From positions 18,476,001 through 18,540,000 of the forward strand of contig OZ024752.1 in assembly GCA_964016885.1 (NCBI GenBank): a stretch of DNA of 64,000 bases, given 5' to 3'. Both the position numbers and the translations under genes were made by a program. Shown here one piece after another: positions 53,401-64,000 of the stretch. This stretch comes from Eledone cirrhosa. Its lineage: Eukaryota. Each line of letters starts with the position of its first letter. Positions within the stretch are counted from its first letter, which is position 1. The notes beneath the pieces were generated by a model. That model was given only the letters and a program-made list of their open reading frames with translations. It made no database searches and had not been told where the DNA came from.

Positions 53401-56400
53401 TGTGTGGTCACTGTGGTGTAGAATGTAGATGAAAGACTAGTTGTGTGGTCACTGTGGCGTAGAATGTAGGTGAAAGACTAGTTGTGTGGTCACTGTGGTG
53501 TAGAATGTAGGTGGAAGACTAGTTGTGTGGTCACTGTGGTGTAGAATGTAGGTGAAAGACTAGTTGTGTGGTCACTGTGGCGTAGAATGTAGGTGAAAGA
53601 CTAGTTGTGTGGTCACTGTGGTGTAGAATGTAGGTGAAAGACTAGTTGTGTGGTCACTGTGGTGTAGAAGTAGGTGAAAGACTAGTTGTGTAGTCACTGT
53701 GGTGTAGAATGTAGGTAAAAGACTAGTTGTGTGGTCACTGTGGTGTAGAATGTAGGTGAAAGACTAGTTGTGTGGTCATTGTGGTGTAGAAGTAGGTGAA
53801 AGACTAGTTGTGTGGTCACTGTGGCGTAGAATGTAGGTGAAAGACTAGTTGTGTGGTCACTGTGGTGTAGAATGTAGGTGAAAGACTAGTTGTGTGGTCA
53901 CTGTGGTGTAGAATGTAGGTGAAAGACTAGTTGTGTGGTCACTGTGGTGTAGAATGTAGGTGAAAGACTAGTTGTGTGGTCATTGTGGTGTAGAATGTAG
54001 GTGAAAGACTAGTTGTGTGGTCACTGTGGTGTAGAAGTAGGTGAAAGACTAGTTGTGTGGTCACTGTGGTGTAGAATGTAGGTGAAAGACTAGTTGTGTG
54101 GTCATTGTGGTGTAGAATGTAGGTGAAAGACTAGTTGTGTGGTCACTGTGGTGTAGAAGTCGGTGAAAGACTAGTTGTGTGGTCATTGTGGTGTAGAAGT
54201 AGGTGAAAGACTAGTTGTGTGGTCACTGTGGCGTAGAATGTAGGTGAAAGACTAGTTGTGTTGTCACTGTGGTGTAGAATGTAGGTGAAAGACTAGTTGT
54301 GTGGTCACTGTGGTGTAGAAGTAGGTGAAAGACTAGTTGTGTGGTCATTGTGGTGTAGAAGTAGGTGAAAGACTAGTTGTGTGGTCATTGTGGTGTAGAA
54401 GCAGGTGAAAGACTAGTTGTGTGGTCACTGTGGCGTAGAATGTAGGTGAAAGACTAGTTGTGTGGTCACTGTGGTGTAGAATGTAGGTGAAAGACTAGTT
54501 GTGTGGTCACTGTGGTGTAGAAGTAGGTGAAAGACTAGTTGTGTGGTCACTGTGGTGTAGAAGTAGGTGAAAGACTAGTTGTGTGGTCACTGTGGTGTAG
54601 AATGTAGGTGAAAGACTAGTTGTGTGGTCATTGTGGTGTAGAATGTAGTTGAAAGACTAGTTGTGTGGTCACTGTGGTGTAGAAGTAGGTGAAAGACTAG
54701 TTGTGTGGTCATTGTGGTGTAGAAGTAGGTGAAAGACTCGTTGTGTGGTTACTGTGGCGTAGAATGTAGGTGAAAGACTAGTTGTGTGGTCACTGTGGTG
54801 TAGAATGTAGGTGAAAGACTAGTTGTGTGGTCACTGTGGTGTAGAATGTAGGTGAAAGACTAGTTGTGTGGTCATTGTGGTGTAGAAGTAGGTGAAAGAC
54901 TAGTTGTGTGGTCACTGTGGTGTAGAAGTAGGTGAAAGACTAGTTGTGTGGTCACTTTGGTGTAGAATGTAGGTGAAAGACTAGTTGTGTGGTCACTGTG
55001 GTGTAGAATGTAGGTGAAAGACTAGTTGTGTGGTCATTGTGGTGTAGAATATAGGTGAAAGACTAGTTGTGTGGTCACTGTGGTGTAGAAGTAGGTGAAA
55101 GACTAGTTGTGTGGTCATTGTGGTGTAGAAGTAGGTGAAAGACTAGTTGTGTGGTCATTGTGGTGTAGAAGTAGGTGAAAGACTAATTGTGTGGTCATTG
55201 TAGTGTAGAATGTAGGTGAAAGACTAGTTGTGTGGTCACTGTGGTGTAGAATGTAGGTGAAAGACTAGTTGTGTGGTCACTGTGGTGTAGAATGTAGGTG
55301 AAAGACTAGTTGTGTGGTTACTGGGTGTAGAATGTAGGTGAAAGACTAGTTGTGTGGTCACTGTGGTGTAGAATATAGGTGAAAGACTAGTTGTGTGGTC
55401 ACTGTGGTGTAGAATGTAGGTGAAAGACTAGTTGTGTGGTCATTGTGGTGTAGAATGTAGGTGAAAGACTAGTTGTGTGGTCACTGTGGTGTAGAAGTAG
55501 GTGAAAGACTAGTTGTGTGGTCACTGTGGTGTAGAAGTAGGTGAAAGACTAGTTGTGTGGTCACTGTGGTGTAGAATGTAGGTGAAAGACTAGTTGTGTG
55601 GTCATTGTGGTGTAGAAGTAGGTGAAAGACTAGTTGTGTAGTCACTGTGGTGTAGAATGTAGGTGAAAGACTAGTTGTGTGGTCACTGTGGTGTAGAATG
55701 TAGGTGAAAGACTAGTTGTGTGGTCACTGTGGTGTAGAATGTAGGTGAAAGACTAGTTGTGTGGTCACTGTGGTGTAGAATGTAGGTGAAAGACTAGTTG
55801 TGTGGTTACTGTGGTGTAGAATGTAGGTGAAAGACTAGTTGTGTGGTCATTGTGGTGTAGAATGTAGGTGAAAGACTAGTTGTGTGGTCACTGTGGTGTA
55901 GAAGTAGGTGAAAGACTAGTTGTGTGGTCATTGTGGTGTAGAAGTAGGTGAAAGACTAGTTGTCTGGTCACTATGGTGTAGAATGTAGGTGAAAGACTAG
56001 TTGTGTGGTCACTGTGGTGTAGAATGTAGGTGAAAGACTAGTTGTGTGGTCACTGTGGTGTAGAAGTAGGTGAAAGACGTTGCGTGGTCACTGTGGTGTA
56101 GAATGTAGGTGAAAGATTAGTTGTGTGGTCACTGTGGTGTAGAATGTAGGTGAAAGAAGTTGTGTGGTCACTGTGGTGTAGAAGTAGGTGAAAGACGTGT
56201 GGTCACTGTGGTGTAGAATGTTGGTGAAAGACTAGTTGTGTGGTCACTGTGGTGTAGAATGTAGGTGAAAGACTAGTTGTGTGGTCACTGTGGTGTAGAA
56301 TGTAGGTGAAAGACTAGTTGTGTGGTCACTGGGTGTAGAATGTAGGTGAAAGACTAGTTGTGTGGTCATTGTGGTGTAGAAGTAGGTGAAAGACTAGTTG

Positions 56401-59400
56401 TGTGGTCACTGTGGTGTAGAATGTAGGTGAAAGGCTAGTTGTGTGGTCATTGTGGCGTAGAATGTAGGTGAAAGACTAGTTGTGTGGTCACTGTAGTGTA
56501 GAATGTAGGTGAAAGACTAGTTGTGTGGTCACTGTGGTGTAGAAGTAGGTGAAAGACTAGTTGTGTGGTCACTGTGGTGTAGAATGTAGGTGAAAGACTA
56601 GTTGTGTGGTCATTGTGGTGTAGAATGTAGGTGAAAGACTAGTTGTGTGGTCACTGTGGTGTAGAAGTAGGTGAAAGACTAGTTGTGTGGTCATTGTGGT
56701 GTAGAAGTAGGTGAAAGACTAGTTGTGTGGTCACTGTGGCGTAGAATGTAGGTGAAAGACTAGTTGTGTGGTCACTGTGGTGTAGAATGTAGGTGAAAGA
56801 CTAGTTGTGTGGTCACTGTGATGTAGAAGTAGGTGAAAGACTAGTTGTGTTGTCATTGTGGTGTAGAAGTAGGTGAAAGACTAGTTGTGTGGTCATTGTG
56901 GTGTAGAAGTAGGTGAAAGACTAGTTGTGTGGTCACTGTGGTGTAGAATGTAGGTGAAAGACTAGTTGTGTGGTCACTGTGGTGTAGAATGTAGGTGAAA
57001 GACTAGTTGTGTGGTCACTGTGGTGTAGAAGTAGGTGAAAGACTAGTTGTGTGGTCATTGTGGTGTAGAAGTAGGTGAAAGACTAGTTGTGTGGTCATTG
57101 TGGTGTAGAAGTAGGTGAAAGACTAGTTGTGTGGTCATTGTGGTGCAGAAGTAGGTGAAAGACTAGTTGTGTGGTCACTGTGGTGTAGAATGTAGGTGAA
57201 AGACTAGTTGTGTGGTCACTGTGGTGTAGAATGTAGGTGAAAGACTAGTTGTGTGGTCACTGTGGTGTAGAAGTAGGTAAAAGAAGTTGTGTGGTCACTG
57301 TGTTGTAGAAGTAGGTGAAAGACTAGTTGTGTGGTCACTGTGGTGTAGAATGTAGGTGAAAGTCTAGTTGTGTGGTCATTGTGGCGTAGAATGTAGGTGA
57401 AAGACTAGTTGTGTGGTCACTGTGGTGTAGAAGTAGGTGAAAGACTAGTTGTGTGGTCATTGTGGTGTAGAAGTAGGTGAAAGACTAGTTGTGTGGTCAT
57501 CGTGGTGTAGAAGTAGGTGAAAGACTAGTTGTGTGGTCACTGTGGTGTAGGATGTAGGTGAAAGACTAGTTGTGTGGTCACTGTGGTGTAGATTGTAGGT
57601 GAAAGACTAGTTGTGTGGTCACTGTGGTGTAGAATGTAGGTGAAAGACTAGTTGTGTGGTCACTGTGGTGTAGAATGTAGGTGAAAGACTAGTTGTGTGG
57701 TCACTGTGGTGTAGAATGTAGGTGAAAGACTAGTTGTGTGGTTACTGGGTGTAGAATGTAGGTGAAAGACTAGTTGTGTGGTCATTGTGGTGTAGAAGTA
57801 GGTGAAAGACTAGTTGTGTGGTCACTGTGGTGTAGAATGTAGGTGAAAGGCTAGTTGTGTGGTCATTGTGGCGTAGAATGTAGGTGAAAGACTAGTTGTG
57901 TGGTCACTGTAGTGTAGAATGTAGGTGAAAGACTAGTTGTGTGGTCACTGTGGTGTAGAAGTAGGTGAAAGACTAGTTGTGTGGTCACTGTGGTGTAGAA
58001 TGTAGGTGAAAGACTAGTTGTGTGGTCACTGTGGTGTAGAATGTAGGTGAAAGACTAGCTGTGTGGTCACTGTGGTGTAGAAGCAGGTGAAAGACTAGTT
58101 GTGTGGTCACTGTGGTGTAGAATGTAGGTGAAAGACTAGTTATGTGGTCATTGTGGTGTAGAATGTAGGTGAAAGACTAGTTGTGTGGTCACTGTGGTGT
58201 CGAAGTCGGTGAAAGACTAGTTGTGTGGTCATTGTGGTGTAGAAGTAGGTAAAAGACTAGTTGTGTGGTCACTGTGGCGTAGAATGTAGGTGAAAGACTA
58301 GTTGTGTTGTCACTGTGGTGTAGAATGTAGGTGAAAGACTAGTTGTGTGGTCACTGTGGTGTAGAAGTAGGTGAAAGACTAGTTGTGTGGTCATTGTGAT
58401 GTAGAAGTAGGTGAAAGACTAGTTGTGTGGTCATTGTTGTGTAGAAGTAGGTGAAAGACTAGTTGTGTGGTCACTGTGGCGTAGAATGTAGGTGAAAGAC
58501 TAGTTGTGTGGTCACTGTGGTGTAGAATGTAGGTGAAAGACTAGTTGTGTGGTCATTGTGGTGTAGAAGTAGGTGAAAGACTAGTTGTGTGGTCACTGTG
58601 GTGTAGAAGTAGGTGAAAGACTAGTTGTGTGGTCACTGTGGTGTAGAATGTAGGTGAAAGACTAGTTGTGTGGTCATTGTAGTGTAGAATGTAGGTGAAA
58701 GACTAGTTGTGTGGTCACTGTGGTGTAGAAGTAGGTGAAAGACTAGTTGTGTGGTCATTGTGGTGTAGAATGTAGGTGAAAGACTAGTCGTGTGGTCACT
58801 GTGGTGTAGAAGTAGGTGAAAGACTAGTTGTGTGGTCATTGTGGTGTAGAATGTAGGTGAAAGACTAGTTGTGTGGTCACTGTGGTGTAGAAGTAGGTGA
58901 AAGACGTTGTGTGGTCACTGGTGTAGAAGTAGGTGAAAGACTAGTTGTGTGGTCACTGTGGTGTAGAAGTAGGTGAAAGACTAGTTGTGTGGTCACTGTG
59001 GTGTAGAATGTAGGTGAAAGACTAGTTGTGTGGTCACTGTGGTGTAGAAGTAGGTGAAAGACTAGTTGTGTGGTCACTGTGGTGTAGAATGTAGGTGAAA
59101 GGCTAGTTGTGTGGTCATTGTGGTTTATGTGAGTAGGTGAAAGACTAGTTGTGTGGTCACTGTGGTGTAGAAGTAGGTGAAAGACTAGTTGTGTGGTCAC
59201 TGTGGTGTAGAATGTAGGTGAAAGGCTAGTTGTGTGGTCATTGTGGTTTATGTGAGTAGGTGAAAGACTAGTTGTGTGGTCACTGTGGTGTAGAAGTAGG
59301 TGAAAGACTAGTTGTGTGGTCACTGTGGTGTAGAATGTAGGTGAAAGACTAGTTGTGTGGTCACTGTGGTGTAGAATGTAGGTGAAAGACTAGTTGTGTG

Positions 59401-62400
59401 CTCATTGTGGTGTAGAATGTAGGTGAAAGACTAGTTGTGTGGTCACTGTGGTGTAGAAGTAGGTGAAAGACTAGTTGTGTGGTCACTGTGGTGTAGAATG
59501 TAGGTGAAAGACTAGTTGTGTGGTCATTGTGGCGTAGAATGTAGGTGAAAGACTAGTTGTGTGGTCACTGTGGTGTAGAATGTAGGTGAAAGGCTAGTTG
59601 TGTGGTCATTGTGGCGTAGAATGTAGGTGAAAGACTAGTTGTGTGGTCACTGTAGTGTAGAATGTAGGTGAAAGACTAGTTGTGTGGTCACTGTGGTGTA
59701 GAAGTAGGTGAAAGACTAGTTGTGTGGTCACTGTGGTGTAGAATGTAGGTGAAAGACTAGTTGTGTGGTCACTGTGGTGTAGAATGTAGGTGAAAGACTA
59801 GTTGTGTGGTCACTGTGGTATAGAAGTAGGTGAAAGACTTGTTGTGTCGTCACTGTGGTGTAGAATGTAGGTGAAAGACTAGTTGTGTGGTCATTGTGGT
59901 GTAGAATGTAGGTGAAAGACTAGTTGTGTGGTCACTGTGGTGTAGAAGTAGGTGAAAGACTAGTTGTGTGGTCATTGTGGTGTAGAAATAGGTGAAAGAC
60001 TAGTTTTGTGGTCACTGTGTCGTAGAATGTAGGTGAAAGACTAGTTGTGTGGTCACTGTGGTGTAGAAGTAGGTGAAAGAGTAGTTGTGTGGTCATTGTG
60101 GTGTAGAAGTAGGTGAAAGACTAGTTGTGTGGTCACTATGGCATAGAATGTAGGTGAAAGACTAGTTGTGTGGTCACTGTGGTGTAGAATGTAGGTGAAA
60201 GGCAAGTTGTGTGGTCATTGTGGTTTATGTGAGTAGGTGAAAGACTAGTTGTGTGGTCACTGTGGTGTAGAAGTAGGTGAAAGACTAGTTGTGTGGTCAC
60301 TGTGGTGTAGAATGTAGGTGAAAGGCTAGTTGTGTGGTCATTGTGGTTTATGTGAGTAGGTGAAAGACTAGTTGTGTGGTCACTGTGGTGTAGAAGTAGG
60401 TGAAAGACTAGTTGTGTGGTCACTGTGGTGTAGAATGTAGGTGAAAGGCTAGTTGTGTGCTCATTGTGGTGTAGAATGTAGGTGAAAGACTAGTTGTGTG
60501 GTCACTGTGGTGTAGAAGTAGGTGAAAGACTAGTTGTGTGGTCACTGTGGTGTAGAATGTAGGTGAAAGACTAGTTGTGTGGTCATTGTGGCGTAGAATG
60601 TAGGTGAAAGACTAGTTGTGTGGTCACTGTGGTGTAGAATGTAGGTGAAAGGCTAGTTGTGTGGTCATTGTGGCGTAGAATGTAGGTGAAAGACTAGTTG
60701 TGTGGTCACTGTAGTGTAGAATGTAGGTGAAAGACTAGTTGTGTGGTCACTGTGGTGTAGAAGTAGGTGAAAGACTAGTTGTGTGGTCACTGTGGTGTAG
60801 AATGTAGGTGAAAGACTAGTTGTGTGGTCACTGTGGTGTAGAATGTAGGTGAAAGACTAGTTGTGTGGTCACTGTGGTATAGAAGTAGGTGAAAGACTTG
60901 TTGTGTCGTCACTGTGGTGTAGAATGTAGGTGAAAGACTAGTTGTGTGGTCATTGTGGTGTAGAATGTAGGTGAAAGACTAGTTGTGTGGTCACTGTGGT
61001 GTAGAAGTAGGTGAAAGACTAGTTGTGTGGTCATTGTGGTGTAGAAATAGGTGAAAGACTAGTTTTGTGGTCACTGTGTCGTAGAATGTAGGTGAAAGAC
61101 TAGTTGTGTGGTCACTGTGGTGTAGAAGTAGGTGAAAGAGTAGTTGTGTGGTCATTGTGGTGTAGAAGTAGGTGAAAGACTAGTTGTGTGGTCACTATGG
61201 CATAGAATGTAGGTGAAAGACTAGTTGTGTGGTCACTGTGGTGTAGAATGTAGGTGAAAGGCTAGTTGTGTGGTCATTGTGGCGTAGAATGTAGGTGAAA
61301 GACTAGTTGTGTGGTCACTGTAGTGTAGAATGTAGGTGAAAGAATAGTTGTGTGGTCATTGTGGTGTAGAAGTAGGTGAAAGACTAGTTGTGTGGTCACT
61401 GTGGTGTAGAAGTAGGTGAAAGACTAGTTGTGTGGTCACTGTGGTGTAGAAGTAGGTGAAAGACTAGTTGTGTGGTCATTGTGGTGTAGAAGTAGGTGAA
61501 AGACTAGGTGTGTGGTCACTGTGGTGTAGAATGTAGGTGAAAGACTAGTTGTGTGGTCACTGTGGTGTAGAATGTAGGTGAAAGACTAGTTGTGTGGTCA
61601 CTGGGTGTAGAATGTAGGTGAAAGACTAGTTGTGCGGTCATTGTGGTGTAGAAGTAGGTGAAAGACTAGTTGTGTGGTCACTGTGGTGTAGAATGTAGGT
61701 GAAAGGCTAGTTGTGTGGTCATTGTGGCGTAGAATGTAGGTGAAAGACTAGTTGTGTGGTCACTGTAGTGTAGAATGTAGGTGAAAGACTAGTTGTGTGG
61801 TCACTGTGGTGTAGAAGTAGGTGAAAGACTAGTTGTGTGGTCACTGTGGTGTAGAATGTAGGTGAAAGACTAGTTGTGTGGTCATTGTGGTGTAGAATGT
61901 AGGTGAAAGACTAGTTGTGTGGTCACTGTGGTGTAGAAGTAGGTGAAAGACTAGTTGTGTGGTCATTGTGGTGTAGAAGTAGGTGAAAGACTAGTTGTGT
62001 GGTCACTGTGGCGTAGAATGTAGGTGAAAGACTAGTTGTGTGGTCACTGTGGTGTAGAATGTAGGTGAAAGACTAGTTGTGTGGTCACTGTGATGTAGAA
62101 GTAGGTGAAAGACTAGTTGTGTTGTCATTGTGGTGTAGAAGTAGGTGAAAGACTAGTTGTGTGGTCATTGTGGTGTAGAAGTAGGTGAAAGACTAGTTGT
62201 GTGGTCACTGTGGTGTAGAATGTAGGTGAAAGACTAGTTGTGTGGTCACTGTGGTGTAGAATGTAGGTGAAAGACTAGTTGTGTGGTCATTGTGGTGTAG
62301 AATGTAGGTGAAAGACTAGTTGTGTGGTCACTGTGGTGTAGAAGTAGGTGAAAGACTAGTTGTGTGGTCATTGTGGTGTAGAAGTAGGTGAAAGACTAGT

Positions 62401-64000
62401 TGTGTGGTCATTGTGGTGTAGAAGTAGGTGAAAGACTAGTTGTGTGGTCATTGTGGTGCAGAAGTAGGTGAAAGACTAGTTGTGTGGTCACTGTGGTGTA
62501 GAATGTAGGTGAAAGACTAGTTGTGTGGTCACTGTGGTGTAGAATGTAGGTGAAAGACTAGTTGTGTGGTCACTGTGGTGTAGAAGTAGGTAAAAGAAGT
62601 TGTGTGGTCACTGTGTTGTAGAAGTAGGTGAAAGACTAGTTGTGTGGTCACTGTGGTGTAGAATGTAGGTGAAAGTCTAGTTGTGTGGTCATTGTGGCGT
62701 AGAATGTAGGTGAAAGACTAGTTGTGTGGTCACTGTGGTGTAGAAGTAGGTGAAAGACTAGTTGTGTGGTCATTGTGGTGTAGAAGTAGGTGAAAGACTA
62801 GTTGTGTGGTCATCGTGGTGTAGAAGTAGGTGAAAGACTAGTTGTGTGGTCACTGTGGTGTAGGATGTAGGTGAAAGACTAGTTGTGTGGTCACTGTGGT
62901 GTAGATTGTAGGTGAAAGACTAGTTGTGTGGTCACTGTGGTGTAGAATGTAGGTGAAAGACTAGTTGTGTGGTCACTGTAGTGTAGAATGTAGGTGAAAG
63001 ACTAGTTGTGTGGTCACTGGGTGTAGAATGTAGGTGAAAGACTAGTTGTGTGGTCATTGTGGTGTAGAAGTAGGTGAAAGACTAGTTGTGTGGTCACTGT
63101 GGTGTAGAATGTAGGTGAAAGGCTAGTTGTGTGGTCATTGTGGCGTAGAATGTAGGTGAAAGACTAGTTGTGTGGTCACTGTAGTGTAGAATGTAGGTGA
63201 AAGACTAGTTGTGTGGTCACTGTGGTGTAGAAGTAGGTGAAAGACTAGTTGTGTGGTCACTGTGGTGTAGAATGTAGGTGAAAGACTAGTTGTGTGGTCA
63301 CTGTGGTGTAGAATGTAGGTGAAAGACTAGCTGTGTGGTCACTGTGGTGTAGAAGCAGGTGAAAGACTAGTTGTGTGGTCACTGTGGTGTAGAATGTAGG
63401 TGAAAGACTAGTTATGTGGTCATTGTGGTGTAGAATGTAGGTGAAAGACTAGTTGTGTGGTCACTGTGGTGTCGAAGTCGGTGAAAGACTAGTTGTGTGG
63501 TCATTGTGGTGTAGAAGTAGGTAAAAGACTAGTTGTGTGGTCACTGTGGCGTAGAATGTAGGTGAAAGACTAGTTGTGTTGTCACTGTGGTGTAGAATGT
63601 AGGTGAAAGACTAGTTGTGTGGTCACTGTGGTGTAGAAGTAGGTGAAAGACTAGTTGTGTGGTCATTGTGATGTAGAAGTAGGTGAAAGACTAGTTCTGT
63701 GGTCATTGTTGTGTAGAAGTAGGTGAAAGACTAGTTGTGTGGTCATTGTGGTGTAGAAGTAGGTGAAAGACTAGTTTTGTGGTCACTGTGTCATAGAATG
63801 TAGGTGAAAGACTAGTTGTGTGGTCACTGTGGCGTAGAATGTAGGTGAAAGACTAGTTGTGTGGTCACTGTGGTGTAGAATGTAGGTGAAAGACTAGTTA
63901 TGTGGTCATTGTGGTGTAGAATGTAGGTGAAAGACTAGTTGTGTGGTCACTGTGGTGTCGAAGTCGGTGAAAGACTAGTTGTGTGGTCATTGTGGTGTAG

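Larger units (their letters stand above)
40253..64000. repeat. Satellite/minisatellite array B: 40/41-bp tandem monomer, ~585 copies, continues beyond the 3' window edge
   Basis: Consensus CTAGTTGTGTGGTCA(C/T)TGTGGTGTAGAA(T/-)GTAGGTGAAAGA read directly. One SpeI site (ACTAGT) per monomer junction; 15 G versus 3 C per 41-mer on the + strand. Confidence 0.99.

Noticed and set aside
40917-60423. Minus-strand His/Thr-rich ORFs (MTTQLVFHLLLHHSDHTTSLSPTFYT...)
   Set aside because: They are translations of the 40/41-bp satellite, open only where the chance order of 40- and 41-mers avoids the stop-containing frame. Short, no domain similarity, no gene context.
1-64000. CRISPR array interpretation (palindromic repeats with regular period)
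   Set aside because: No unique spacers, since the whole monomer repeats; no cas genes or leader; eukaryotic SINE context.
1-64000. Satellite-encoded hammerhead ribozyme, as in newt, cricket or schistosome satellites
   Set aside because: The CUGANGA core is absent (array A has CTGAGGT/CTGAGAT and no GAAA; array B has CTGTGGT). Array B's GAAA-GACTA...TGGTC stem is followed by AC rather than UH. An Infernal search against Rfam ribozyme models would settle it.
40253-64000. Telomeric repeat or canonical G-quadruplex array
   Set aside because: No (TTAGGG)n or (TTAGG)n, and the consensus has only GG doublets with no GGG tracts.

Overview
Non-coding eukaryotic satellite DNA; I find no credible protein-coding gene. 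The window has three parts. (1) 1-39694: about 537 head-to-tail copies of a 74-bp monomer that forms three back-to-back inverted repeats. It keeps an exact 74-bp phase for the first ~33.7 kb and contains multi-kb higher-order duplications. (2) About 39695-40252: a ~560-bp unique, AT-rich junction holding a degenerate tRNA-derived SINE. From memory this resembles the abundant Octopus/cephalopod SINEs; it has a doubled 3' tail and an 18-bp flanking direct repeat. (3) 40253-64000: about 585 copies of an unrelated G/T-rich 40/41-bp monomer with kb-scale block duplications. Both arrays run off the window ends. The most notable signal is that common variants of the 74-mer mostly fall in loops/linkers or keep stem pairing through G-U wobble on the + strand, including one apparent compensatory pair. 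This hints at selection on a folded RNA or ssDNA structure. It is inference from reading by eye and needs a formal covariation test.
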